Source: Bigelowiella natans CCMP2755 (lineage: Eukaryota > Protista > Cercozoa). From it: 64,000 nt of DNA. Shown in pieces: positions 30,052-43,434 of this stretch (its first letter is position 1; the number at the start of each line of letters is the position of its first letter). The notes under the pieces were generated by a model. It was not told where the DNA came from. It searched no databases and was given only the letters and a program-made list of their open reading frames with translations. The translations under genes and the position numbers were made by a program. The stretch is taken from contig ADNK01000267.1 in assembly GCA_000320545.1 (NCBI GenBank), positions 1 through 64,000 on the forward strand. Reading direction: 5' to 3'.

Positions 30052-30715
30052 GTCAAATTGGTGTTATTATGCTGCTGATAAATAGTAATGATGAGGAGGA
30101 GGAGGTGGAGGACGGGGGGGGGGGGGGTAACATATTTCTCTCATCATCGTATACTAGAAATCAAACATTATCATCGATCGATCGTCGTTATCAGAATTGA
30201 TGCGAGATTGTTGGCTGATGGTCCCGGCGAAGAGACCGACTACTGCAGTAATAATAACAGCTTATAAATTAATATAGGAGTATATAACAAATGTGTTCTT
30301 AATATGATGTAGTAAGGAGTGGAAATATAAAAATGATGATTAATGATAATAAGAAGAAGAATGAGAAAGATCAATATGATGATGATGATGATGATGATGA
30401 TAATGACAACATCCAAGTGATGTGATAATATCCTTTATGCAACTACTACTACTATTACTACTACTACCACTGCGGTAATTAGCACCTCGTAAGGAAGTTA
30501 AAGGGCATGTACCAGCGGATAAAACATATTCAGAAGGTAGTAAGAACAAGTTAAAATACATCACTGCTACTTGTAGTAGATACATAATGTGGGTGTATGA
30601 TATTTTTGCTTCTTATTGTTCTTTTGTTTTTTAGTCTGAGACGCCAGCTGCCATTGCCCTCAACGTGAATACGGACCATATCGACTACAAACCTTTATCT
30701 CGGAACAGCACTTAG
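18790..30715 (+). CDS. multi-pass membrane protein fused to a C-terminal tyrosine-kinase-like (TKL) kinase (GPCR-TKL-like), more than 30 small exons; 5' end uncertain
   Basis: Kinase exons: IDFTELDFLGRGGS/GASGSVYRCRYQGQLVAAKTF (24182-24604), HPHVVEFLGMCVSPPNLYL, VFEWCTHRSL, VHRDVKTENILV (~26600), KLCDFGSSR (~26790), VGTPAYMAPEL (29016), IDVFSFAYVMWELLTR, LMRDCWLMVPAKRPT. Upstream exons encode several hydrophobic helices (YGAFLLGMLLFQ; WGLFVTSLAPSIFGVIAA; GYLGLVAFGWVCLLV; YVGVAALYYIIVAFALF; GMAMILPLMLW). Confidence 0.8.
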
Positions 30716-30779
30716 AGAAGAACACCCACTCTACCTCTAGATCTGTTGGTAGCAGAAGAGTGCATCTCTATGATTATTA

Positions 30780-32158
30780 AGGAACCAGTTAGATGTTGTT
30801 AGTGCATTGTTATAGATTATGACTAGATTCAATGTGACCCTGCTGGCCTGCTGTACCACAATGCTCCTGTACATGCTAGCATGGCATGTGCATCGTAGCG
30901 CGCGGATGTGTACTTTACGCTTAGCGTTGCTAGGTTGGTTGAAATGGGTGCGGTTTCACTCGGTAGAATCCGCCAAAACCAATACCACTACTACTGAAAA
31001 AGGGGCAATTTCGGCGCATTCCGCCAGCAACATGCACAGTGGAGAAATCAAAAATTGATCGTCGATCTCAGTCTGAGTTGCAGCGGATCAAGCGATGCGC
31101 GATGAAGTGATTGAACGTTTTGACAACATACAATCCCAATGCAGCTAGCTGTGCAAAGCAGCGGCCACAGCGACGTGCGACAGGATGGCTGAGATGCTTC
31201 ATTTTGAACACAGCAGCAGAGACAAACAGGCGCAAGGTACACGCGAACATCGCGACACCTGTTCACAAGGTTGTGCACATCGCATGCTAGCATGTGCTAG
31301 AAGCACACATAGCATGCCAGACAATCTAGCATAGCAATGCAATGTCTAGAATGTGCATCGCATGTTTCAAAAATTGTATGTGTAACATATATCATACACA
31401 TAATAAAAGTGCAAATGCACCTTGCGATGCGTCGATCACACATCTAGACATGCGTCCCATGTGACGCACACCCAAAGAAAACGTGTGTGCATGCATGCTA
31501 GCATGAGCCTAGCATGCTAGCATGCATGATGCAGGGGTGCATGCACGAATAGCTAGCTAGACAGAGCTGTTGCTGCTGCATTGATTTGGCGGAAACAAAC
31601 AGACATGTGCGTGCGACGTGGCTGTTCTAGCTGTCGTCGTTGCGCGCAGGATGACTAGATGGGCTACATGGATGAACACAACATGTGACAATGTGTGCAC
31701 GTCTAGACGTGCGTGCGGGAGTTGCTAGCTAGCTAGCGTTGTCATGCAGTCACGCCCTCATCAATTTTCATGACTCATGCATCATTGGACACTGCTAGTA
31801 GTAGACTGCTGCGATCGACACTGCTAGACTAGCTAGACCAATGCACACGACGCGCATTGTTTTGAAAAATGCGAATTATATGCGAAAGCAAACGCAATGT
31901 GTCCGATCGATCCATCGCATCGTCCACCACGTACATTTAGACATGCTAGCAGGCAATGGCTAGCTGGCTACCTAGCTGTCACCGCGGGCTCTAGCTAACT
32001 AGCTAGCGCTTGCGATGTGGCGGCACAGAGATAACCACGAGCATGACACATAGCTAGATCATTGGATGTTAGATGTGCACGTCAGGGCAGATCGAGCTAC
32101 AGCTAGCAGGTCTCCGTCTGCTGCTGCATTCTAGCATTGCCTACCACATCTATACATG

Positions 32159-32160
<2 letters not shown>
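30780..32160. repeat. palindrome-rich intergenic spacer with degenerate dispersed repeat (copy at ~31100-31175)
   Basis: ATGAAGTGATTGAAC...ATCCCAATGCAGCTAGCTGTGCAAAGCAGCGGCCACAGCG matches 38924-39005. Confidence 0.65.
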
Positions 32161-32215
<55 letters not shown>

Positions 32216-32341
32216 GTGTGTGTGTGTGTAGACTTATGCATACGATAGACTAATATCATACGATGCAATTATTTCACTGAAAGCAGTGCTATTATTCTTC
32301 AATTAACGTCAAACGATGCCGAAAAATGAGACATCCATGCT

Positions 32342-33262
32342 CTATTCCTCTTCCAAAACATGGCCTTTTCCGCTGACGTAAATTCCATCGAGGAACTTAC
32401 GAATATCTTTGTTGCGAACCAAAGCAAGGTGGTGCACTTGCGATGTTGCAACAGAAACCTTTGTGATATCATTTCCTTCGAAAACAAGTTCATCCTTTAC
32501 ATCACTACGCCTGCATGTAACACCCTCTGGAAGCTTACACACTTTTGTCATTTTCTGACCAACGAAGTTGCGCACCTCAACCTGATAAGAAGAACGTGCA
32601 AGTTAATAATAAATCAATCATTTTAGGTTGAAATTTGACAATTCTCGCACGATTTCATAGTGTTCGAAGCTTCACTGACCCTGGTTCCATCGTCCTCAAT
32701 TGTAGCTTGAATGGGAAAGTGATTGTAAACTAGACGCATTTTGTACTGGTATCCCCTCTTGAGACCGGTAATCATATTGAGAATCTGAGATTGGATGGTA
32801 CGGACGAGAGCAGCCCCCCGGCGGTTCGACATGTACTTCTTCACGAGGATTTGTTTGCCGTCCTTGCTTTTCTCAATTGTAAGCTAACATTATAATCATA
32901 TATTATTATTAAGTTTGGACGAAGTTCTTTCAAAAATGAAATTCACAGTGTAATTTATCTACGTATATCACCTTTGCGTGCTTGAAGTTTTTCTTGAGCT
33001 CCCCACGCTCATGGGAAATAGTGACAACCCCAGCCTTAATGGTAACTTCGACTGATATAGAGAATATAAACACGTGAGCTTTGGAAAGCTTCATTGCTCG
33101 CTGTCATTTTATTTTTCCCTTCCCCATAACTAAATTCAGTTTCGCAAAAATGAATATTAAAGTTCAATTAATCTTTTTATGGACACTATTTGATTGCGTA
33201 AGATTTGTATACTTACATCCTTCAGGGATGTCGATTTCGCGCTGGACGAGAAGAGTCTTCAT
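32342..33262 (-). CDS. RPL9: 60S ribosomal protein L9 (uL6), 4 exons
   Basis: MKTLLVQREIDIPEG / GELKKNFKH / VRTIQSQILNMITGLKRGYQYKMRLVYNHFPI / VRNFVGQK...KDELVFEGNDITKVS...VRNKDIRKFLDGIYVSGKG. Confidence 0.97.
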
Positions 33263-33919
33263 TGTTTACTAGGGGAGGGAGCGAAGCCGGTAATGTTTCA
33301 GACTCAGCTTTACCCTTGCCTGTAATAAAAACTCAGTAATTTAATAGACGTCAAGTGATATTTTATGACGCAACATATAATTATAAGGTAATTTATTCTC
33401 ACTGTAAATTTCACAGTTGAATTCACTGTGTTTCAGTGCGTCGGCGAGTTTGCTCGTTTAAATTCGCCGAATTTTCCAAATTACACACCACAGAGACTAT
33501 TTCATCGTTAAAACCCATTGAAAACTATGAAGCATTTTAATTATCTGCTACGATCTTATATTGATGAAAGCGTCATCATGAGAATGTTGTCGTAGATATA
33601 AACTGAGCTTTGAGCTACAGGGACGGCCTAGAGATCCAAATCTGGTAAAAATAACATATTGATCTAACCCCGCTTGTTTTATCAAATAATGAGAGAATAC
33701 GATCCTATATTTTATACATATGGCACAGAATACGCATACGAGACATGTTCTCTCAAAATAATTCATCTCTCACCAATTCTCGACAACGCATGTGCAATAA
33801 TTGGAGTCAGCAAACTGATTCCATTGTGTCTGATGAGTACGAATAAAGTCATGTCGTAATGCTCGTATGGCCTTGTTTCGAAGATTATAAAACAAACAAC
33901 CAAGCGCAGGCACACAAGG
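33263..33919. promoter_or_regulatory. putative bidirectional promoter region RPL9 / CHAT-STAND-SH2
   Basis: Head-to-head starts about 660 bp apart; geometry only. Contains a short imperfect inverted repeat CGGCGAGTTT...AAATTCGCCG at ~33442-33469. Confidence 0.45.
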
Positions 33920-34201
33920 ATGTCGGCGCCCCCTGATTTGGGAGAGGCACGCTCGGAACCGCCTCAGCCTTCTCCTTCCCACGGTCCCAATACTACATCG
34001 AAAAATAAATTGAATCCAACTTGTTGAAGTAGTAGAAATACCTACTACATGCGAGATTGTGATTTCTCATTCGTATCTTGATTTTTAATGTTAATAAACA
34101 ACAAAATGCAAGCGACGTTTTAAGGGGGGATATTAAAGCCTAAGGGGTATTTGAAGGAGATGATTTGATTTCGTCATTATACATAACTTTATGTATAGAA
34201 A

Positions 34202-34252
<51 letters not shown>

Positions 34253-36979
34253 TGTATACTAAATATTTCAGGTACTACCATCTTCTCGTCTTGTTCTTAT
34301 GTAATTTATTACCCTCACTATTTTTCTTCGCATATTTCTCAGCACCTAAACTTCGAGCGGTACATTCAGTCCCAGTGGATCACAGGGGTTCCGACACTAA
34401 ATCGAAGCCATTTGATCTTGTTTACCTTGCTTCTTGCCCCTTAATCCAACGAGCCTATAACGGTGTCACACCAATCGAAGCACTTGATTTGAGAAGGTAA
34501 CTTACGAATGCTGTATAAAATGCATGCCTTGAAATTATAATTTTTGATTCTTTTATGTAATGATTTCCTTTACTCGTCGGTCGTCTAGTGAGCAAAAGAA
34601 CTTCATCACAACCATCGGAAAATCTAGCAAGCGATTCCGTTTCAAGAGAGATTATGCGACTATCCGGAGGCTGGGGACGAATCTAGTACTAGGGTGCAGG
34701 GTTCTCCATTACACTGGGCATGGATTGGAGAACGGACTTGCTTTTGAAGATGAGTGTGGTGTAATGCACATTGTCCAGACTCAGACTCTAAGGGAGCTCA
34801 TGGCTGCAGGGGCCAAGGAGGAAGAAGTCAAGCTGGTATTTGTCGCTGCATGCCACTCTGAATCTGCCGGTAAGGCATTCGTAGAAGCAGGAGTGAAGCA
34901 CGTGATTGCTGTTAAGATATCCGAGAAAGTGGCTGATACTGGAGCTCGACATTTTATGAATTCCTTTTATCTTGCCTTGCTCATGGGGAGAACAGTAGCT
35001 AATGCCTTTAAAATGGCACGAGAAACTCTCAAGGCAATTCCTGACCTACCAACCGCTGACGATGAAGCGAAGAAGTACCTTTTGCTTCCTAAGGAAGGTA
35101 GTTCTTAATCTTACTGTTCAGACTGCTCATGAACGTTTTCTTTTTGCCTTTCAACGCACTCACCTGGATATGGTAGAAACTAGTCTATGAAGCTGCTTTG
35201 CCTCATTTTCTCCGCATCGCTTTGTGCCTTCCCCCCCCCCCCCCCCCTGTGTATGTGTGTGTGTGTGTCCCTTCTTTCAGCGGATCACAATGTTCAAATA
35301 TTTCCCGATTTACCAACGGGAATGGTAGAGGATTGTACAGATAAACGTGCGGTGGAAAATCTGCCAGCTTCTGTGGACCACTTTACTGGGCGCAACTTTG
35401 AAGTTCAGCAAATAGTAGAATACTTTGTCAAAGATCGGTACGTACTAAGATAATAACAATAGAGAGATCTAATAAACATCTTGCGCCATGATAGATGTAT
35501 GTATGTATGTATGTCCTCTTGAATGAAAATGCTACTGATATATGTTCAGGAAGCGTCTAGTGACGATTTGTGGTGAATCTGGAATTGGAAAGACAGCCGT
35601 AGCTATCTATACAGCACGTTTCCTCCTTGAGCGTGGATTGTTCAAAGACGGGGTTATTTTCTTCCGTTTTCAAGGCAAAGGTGATTTTGATGTGGGTCAG
35701 ATCGCTGAGATGATAGCTGAAGGACTTGGCCTAGACATTCCAACACATGGCTTGATCCGAGCGCTTAAGAGTAAAATCCGTAAGAAGGAGCGAGGGGTTC
35801 TGCTGGTGATGGATGGATTGGACGAGTTTGTTTCTTTGCAGGAAAAAGACCGGAAACAATTCACTGTTTTCATCTCTGAGCTCCTCCAAGATTGTAGAGA
35901 TCTTAGAATCCTAGCTACAGCGACCACACCTATTGGAATATCGAGGGGGGTAGAGGAAGTTGAGTTCCCATTGAAGGGCATGAGTGTGTACGACATATGC
36001 AACCTATTCAATAAGCTCACTAACGATAAAGTAACAGCTGAAGTTGTAGGAATTAAGGATGCCTACTTTGCAACTAGAAACGACATATTTCAGGGTCTTG
36101 CTCAGCACAAACTGATAAAAGAGATCGTAAATGGGCATCCTTATCGATGCTGGATGGCAGCAAGACGATTCAACAAACACCCAAAGTTAGACCAGGTGGC
36201 CAAGATTATGTCATATGAGCTGAGAGCGCTTGAGGAGCAGCAGCTTGAGGAAGAACAGTCACGTGCTGCTAAGAATAGTAGGAGAAGAAAAGGATATCAA
36301 CATCCTAGTAGCCAACATACTAGTAGTAGTAGTAGTAATGAGCAGCATTCTCCAAGTAGTAATGACCTCAAGATGGTAGTAGGTGGTGGTAGGAATAACA
36401 GTACAAGTACTAGTAGAAACAATGTAGATGATGTCTATGCCCCAGTTGGTCCAGGGGAGTTTGCAGCATCAGGAAGAGGAGGACACAAGAGCAGCAGCAG
36501 CAGCAGCAGTAGTAGCACGATTGTGTAAGCACCAACACTGAACATCTCTCGTCTATTACTACTAATTCTGATGTTGTGATTGATGACAATCATAAGTGTA
36601 TGATGATGCATTATCTATCAATTAACACCATGAAATAATACGATGATGTAAACAACAACAACAACTACTACTACTACTACTTTTCTCCTTCTACTGGTTT
36701 CGATGTTGTCCTAACGGCTGTCCATTTAATAATATATGACGAGTATACTAATAATGTCACAAATACTACTGCTAATACCAACTAGTATGTTCGCTCTTAT
36801 CGTATTTGAAGTTATCCTTCCTCCAAAAAATGATGATGGCCACAAATCACCACAAATACCTCATCATCATCAATCATCTTTCCTCCCTTCTAGGACGAGA
36901 GAAGAACTTGACTATGAAAACAAGATTAGAACCATCCTCTCGCAGGAGGCAAGAGTCTTTTGGGATAGTTTCAAGGTGC

Positions 36980-37021
<42 letters not shown>

Positions 37022-38353
37022 CAATAGTAGTAGCACGCAATAACTACAACTACCACTTGAAGGTATAAGCGTCCTCCTCCTCCTCCTCCTCCTCCTCCTC
37101 CTCCTTCTCTTTCTCTTACTACTACTACTAATAATAATAATAATAATAATGATGATAATAATACCACAATCTCTATCACAGCCACGAATGGAAACTAATG
37201 ATGATAATAATACCACAATCTCTATCACAGCCACGAATGGAAACTAATGATGATAATAATACCACAATCTCTATCACAGCCACGAATGGAAACTAGCTGG
37301 GAAAGCTTCAAAAGAAGGCTTAATTCTCACTTCAAGGCATACACCGGAGTAACCAGGGGGCTAGATGAACATGACATTCACTCTGCAAGCCAATTTGTGC
37401 AAAAATTTGCGAGAAGGAAGAATATACAGTAATAATTGAGAATACTACTTATTGCAATGTTGTATGAAAATGATGAGACATGATAAAGCAGCAGACGATG
37501 TTAGAATGTTTTCCTCCTTTCCTCCTTCATGATCATATCAATCTTATCTTGATGTTGTCATCATCAGAATTAGCCATAAAGGCCTTTCTGTGTCAGCATT
37601 CAATGTATGGTGGGAGATGTGGTACACCCCATTGGTAAAGACCATTCAACGAATAAGCAAGATTTGGGACAATAACTACATTAAGGGGGTAGCGTACGAC
37701 AAGAACAGTGTCAGAAATAGCATTGTAGGTGGGCCTGTAGGAACCTTTATGTTGCGCCTAAGTGGTAATAACCCTGGCTGCATAGTGCTGGGATTTGTCG
37801 GCAGCGACAGGCCCAAGAAAATTCTTCATATTCTGATAGATGGGTACTAGATGATATATTATAAGTATGGATTGATCATAGCGACGATGACGATGATGAT
37901 GATGATGATGATGATGATAATGACAATGACGACGATGATGATGATGAGAATAGCGACGATTTTTCGTCCTTGTGCTTCTCTATCGCCATTCGTTGTGGAT
38001 ATTGACGAGGGGGGCAGGGAGAGAGAGAGAGAGAGTACTTGCTTAACGTCAGATGAGGCTGCTATGCTCTAACAATATAAAGCTTCTTCTGTTGGCTTAA
38101 TCAATCAATATTTTCTGTTGTGTTCATTTCACGCAGACGTCACAGTGATTTCAAGATCAAATTTGATGATGGAAAGTCACAAAGCTATGCGAGGCTTGAG
38201 GATCTTGTGCTTCAATGCAAACGCGTAACCATCCTGCACCCCAATGTAGCAAAACATGCTGCCTTTGGGAATTTGATGATAAATGATGATCACCAAAGTC
38301 GTAGTAGTAGTGGTCAATATGATTTCGCTTGTGACGATGAAGGACCTTCATAG
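33920..38353 (+). CDS. CHAT (caspase-like) protease - STAND/NB-ARC-like P-loop NTPase - STAT-type linker/SH2 domain protein, about 9 exons
   Basis: CHAT: VLHYTGHG (34707), LAFEDECG, LVFVAACHSE (Cys at 34851), FMNSFYLAL. STAND: NLPASVDHFTGRNFE, Walker A GESGIGKT (35572), FKDGVIF, Walker B LLVMDGLDE (35800), ILATATTP, VNGHP. SH2: WDNNYIKG...GPVGTFMLRLSGNNPGCIVLGFV...ILHILI...YARLEDLV. ATG at 33920 is inferred. Confidence 0.88.
37147..37293 (+). repeat. 49 bp tandem repeat x3 spanning a 3' splice site
   Basis: TAATGATGATAATAATACCACAATCTCTATCACAG|CCACGAATGGAAAC at 37147, 37196 and 37245. Confidence 0.92.
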
Positions 38354-38639
38354 CAGTAAGCAGTAGTGTTAGTATTAGGTAGTTGAAGTGGAATAGTAGT
38401 AGAAGCGAGTGGTAGTAGTAGAGGGTAGAGGATTATTTGGGAAGAAGAAAGTATATGATGCCATAACTGATAACAGACATTATGACTTATCAATCAATGA
38501 CAAATACAATTTTACATGGAGAAAAATAACAGCATCGGTTCGCATTGCTGTAGTTGTTAGGCGCGATCATCGCAACATCTAACCAATAAACGATATAGAA
38601 GTAAATCCAAAGAATATTATGCATTATTATAGACACCTA

Positions 38640-39830
38640 CATCTCTATGAATAAGACATACTAGCATATATACATACATAGCAGACAAATAAGACATGTG
38701 TATACATGCACATAAGACGGATGTAATGAAGTGATTAAATATTTTCAATTGTCATCCATGCATGTGTACCTAGTACGTGTACGTACATGAACATGTATGT
38801 GCACCCGTGCTAACGTGCCTTGCTAGCTTGATGTACATGCATGCTTGTATGTGACACATGTGATGATAGAATCTTTTCAATGCGTGGTCATCCCAATGTG
38901 TGCGTATTTGTGAGACGGATGTAATGAAGTGATTAAATCTTTTGTAATAGCCATCCTAATGTAGCTAAGCTATCTAGCTATGCAAAGCAGCGCGGCTACA
39001 GCGCGCTTAGCTCTAGCTTAGGTTGTGTTTGTTTGTTGTACTTCTCGTCTGTTGTGTGTCTCATGCATTTCGATTCAAATGAACATCTGCATCCTGTCGT
39101 CGATCGCGTGCATGCGGTACGTACGCGCGCAGCAACGGTCCGTGCTTCTTTTCATTCAGCTTGTTCGATTCAGTCAGTCGTTTCGCGCTACTACATCGTT
39201 ATTTCGATTCATGATGGCATTCAATTGGGTCGTCCCCGCGTGCAATCCAAGCTGTTGGTGCTCGTATGCACATCAAAGGAGATGATCCACATGCGTAGTT
39301 GTAGTGCAAAGCATGCAACGGCTACATGCAGCGCTCATGTTCTATAGATGTTGTCTAGTTACGTTGAGTCTAGCTACACTGTGCATGTCCACTTGTTTGA
39401 TTCTGTTGTCCATCATCATCATGTGCTTCACATGCGAAATGAGCATTTTAGCATCGCTGCTGTAATGTGTTGTCGTCGATGGATGTCGCGGTCGATCTAC
39501 CCACTTATTTTCACAGAAAGGCGCCCGATGTCACGTATCACGTACACCAACTAGACAGACTTTAAAGCTTGATGCGTAGCACATGATTCGCGTAAGATAG
39601 ATGCAATTGATACAATGTATTAATTCATGCAGTGCATGACTGATGCTGCACATGATTCGCGGAAGATGCAAATGATGCAGTGCATTCATGCCGTGAGTGA
39701 TCGATGAGTATAGCTAGATAGCGTGTACAAGTCAAGTACGGCCTTAAGAGATAATAAGGATGAACAACGGGAGCGATTCATAATTGTCTTAACTGACATT
39801 ACAGTATGCACGTGCATGATCTCATTTCAA
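38640..39830. repeat. palindrome-rich intergenic spacer with degenerate dispersed repeat (copies at 38715 and 38913)
   Basis: Exact 26-mer AGACGGATGTAATGAAGTGATTAAAT occurs twice; 38912-39230 is an inverted homologue of ~57600-57905. Confidence 0.7.
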
Positions 39831-39980
39831 CATAACATACAAATGAATGAATTTTTAATGGTGCGCATCGTCGTCATCAATGCTTTGTAACATTATTACT
39901 AGATTATGTATAATTATCCCAGTATAATAAGAGCAACACATTGTTGCCTAAATGAGAAACATCAGCTCTACCGTTTAATT

Positions 39981-40520
39981 TCACAGGACGTCTAGAAGCA
40001 CGTCCTGCAACCGTCTGCATGTATGAAGAAAAATGCATATATCAAGAAAAAACAATCGCATCAAAAATTTAAGATAATAAACACTTAAAAATCATACGAG
40101 AGATGCCGAACAATGTTCAGATGTAGCTAACAAAAGCTTAATGTCCACACACGCGCACGCACACACACACACACACACACATACCACAATCAAAAAGGAA
40201 GGGTGGATAAAAAAGAAGGTCAGTGCCTACTACTACTACTACTACTACTACTAATACTAACCCTGCAGCGAGCATTCCTTCAACATCAAATACTTTGTTT
40301 GGACGATGAATGAGCGGTGATTTAAGAAATGCGTACATCTTCTGGGGGAATTGGAACTTGATTTTCTGACGAATTGGCACTCCATCTCCAAGGGGGCTAA
40401 TAATATAGTAGTTATTATTATTATCACAACAACTGCAGTATATATAACAGTTAGGTAGTGTAATCAGGAGTCTACTACATGGACAATGTTGACCAAAAAT
40501 GAGGTGAAATATTTACAAAA

Positions 40521-40556
<36 letters not shown>

Positions 40557-40985
40557 TGACAACAATAATAATGAACAGCAGCATAGAAAAAATACTCAAG
40601 CCAGCAGCAGTAACATCAGATAAACAGCATCACGAAGAAGTAGAAACAACAACAAAATAATTGTAGATCGATCTCAAGAGTGAGTGAGTGCGCGTCTTCT
40701 TCGTCTTTTTGCTGTAATTGAAGGCTAGCATCATTATCATCATCATCATCATGCATCATGCATCAACTATTGATTACTTACTCATATATTGCGCTACTCC
40801 GACGTACACTGCCACTTTTGTTGGTGCTGAAACCATGCGAACTAACAATTAATAATTGTGTCACAAAGCAGTAACATATGACTACTAGTACTGTTGATGA
40901 TGATGATGATGATGATGATAGCAAAGAGTTGGTTATTCAGCTGGTTGGTTAGTAGAAGAGAAGATCCTAAGGCACAAACATCGAT

Positions 40986-41027
<42 letters not shown>

Positions 41028-41299
41028 CTACTACTTATTCTTCTTCCTGCTCACGAATTTGAAACCATCATCATAAGATAGTCACTGCTAGTGTTGGTGT
41101 TGTTTACTCTTATTCTTACCTCTCACCAACTTGATTGATTAGCACACTTCCTGTTTTGAGCACGAGCTCCAGCGACATGATTAGATTCCTCTCCTCGGTG
41201 CGTGCAAATGCTTTCTCAAAAAAACCAGGTTCTTTGTCCTACAGCAGCAACCAAGATTGACAACAGCCCCATAATGGATTGACAAAATGAAAAAGAGGA

Positions 41300-41333
<34 letters not shown>

Positions 41334-41856
41334 CGTCCCTCATGCTGTCTTTATCAGCATCTTGAAGAATCGTCATATCATATCATATCATTCATTCATT
41401 CATTCACACTTGCATCACTATATATACCGAGTATGTGATGTTCAGATTGACTAGGTCTGGTCGCTCCGAGGTGAGAAAGTAAAATGTCAGCCCTCTCTGA
41501 AAACACGAGCAGCAGAAAATAATGATCAGGATGAAGAAGAAGAAGATGATGATGATGATGAGGAGGAGGAGGGGCTTGACAAATGCACGTGTTGATATTC
41601 ATTTTTGGAGAAACTACTTAGTACTGATGATCTTTTGCTGACATTATTATCTATCATCATTATTATTATTATCATTAGAGTAGTTTGTTAGTATTATTCT
41701 CGTCGATGATGCCGAATACCAATTAGTATCACGTTAAATTGGTGAATGAATCTTGACAAGTTGATTAATATTATTATTACATCCACCACCTTAAATTGGT
41801 TCATCTTGACAACATCTGCTGGTAACATCGCCATGCAGCAGTGATACGTATCCTAA

Positions 41857-41892
<36 letters not shown>

Positions 41893-42220
41893 CATACAGT
41901 AGCATAAACGGGGTGGTGTGTGTCAATTACATCGTCACTATTTATGCTGAGAGGAGTTGTTACAAGAGCAGCAGTATATATGTATACCATCAGATATATC
42001 AATAATTTATATGATGACGATGATGATGATGATGATATGATATGATGGATGTTGCTGGTAAAGAAATACTTTTCTTCTGATTTTCTACTTTCTTTTCTTA
42101 AAAATGCTGCTACTACATACATCTCCAGTCTTTCGCCACACTTTTCTCCATTCTTTGGTCTCTGCGTCTTGAATAGTTTTTAATATTTCGATCTCACTCA
42201 ATAGACCTTCGTTCACCATC

Positions 42221-42278
<58 letters not shown>

Positions 42279-42335
42279 GGGAGGACGGTTAGTAAGGATA
42301 GCAGCACATAATCGAAAAGTAATTTCATAAATCAG

Positions 42336-42367
<32 letters not shown>

Positions 42368-42946
42368 CCATTCGTCGTAGTATAGTATATGCAGTTGTTG
42401 TAGTAGTAGTAGTAGTAGTAGTAGTAGCAGTAGTTAGTAGCAAATAAAAATAATAATAACAAACAAATGAACAAAATACTAGCAGTAATAATACCTCTTG
42501 GTAGGACTTATGGAGAACATTTCCTCTTTTCAAGCACACATCAACTGTTTTATATCGTCTGATCGTAGAATGATCGTTGGGGCCTTTCCAAATACCTGAT
42601 GATCATAATGATCATAATAACAACAATTATTATTATTATTATTAGTAGTAGTAGTAATAGTAGTAGTAGTGGAAGTAGTAGCAGAGAACAATTCAATACA
42701 CTACAACACCACCCATCAACACGCATACATACACACCAACATGCATACATATTATACGTACCACCGAGTATTTATGGAGATTAATATTGGATTTATCACC
42801 CTTAGTTTTTAATTAATTATTAATTAGTTATCACCAAAGTATTCATGCAGATTCTGCTTGGATTTCTCATCCTCGCTGCGGCGTGACATGACTCGAAATA
42901 CCTGTAAGTGTGAGTGTAAGTGTGAATGAATGTGAGTGTGAAATAC

Positions 42947-42980
<34 letters not shown>

Positions 42981-43135
42981 TACATGTATGTGCCTTATAT
43001 AAGTTGTTGCGTGTAGGACAAGTGCAGGGAAAAGAAGGGCGGGGGAGGAGGAAATTAAAGTTTGATTTAGGTACTGCCTCCACCCATTTCAGAAAGTATT
43101 GTGCTGGTAGAAGTTGTATAAATTAGTAATGCCCT

Positions 43136-43170
<35 letters not shown>

Positions 43171-43342
43171 CGTAGTACCTCAATGAGTTTTTTGGTGTTG
43201 TTGGCCACCATCTCCTTTTCCTTCTCGACGTGGTCAATCACCAACTGTTGTGTGAAGGTTCAATCATGAGTCAATGACATCATCATTGTCATTAACATCA
43301 TCATCATCATTATAGTGTTAATAGTAGTAGTAGCAGTAGTAG

Positions 43343-43373
<31 letters not shown>

Positions 43374-43394
43374 TAGTAGCGAGGAAAATATATA

Positions 43395-43434
<40 letters not shown>

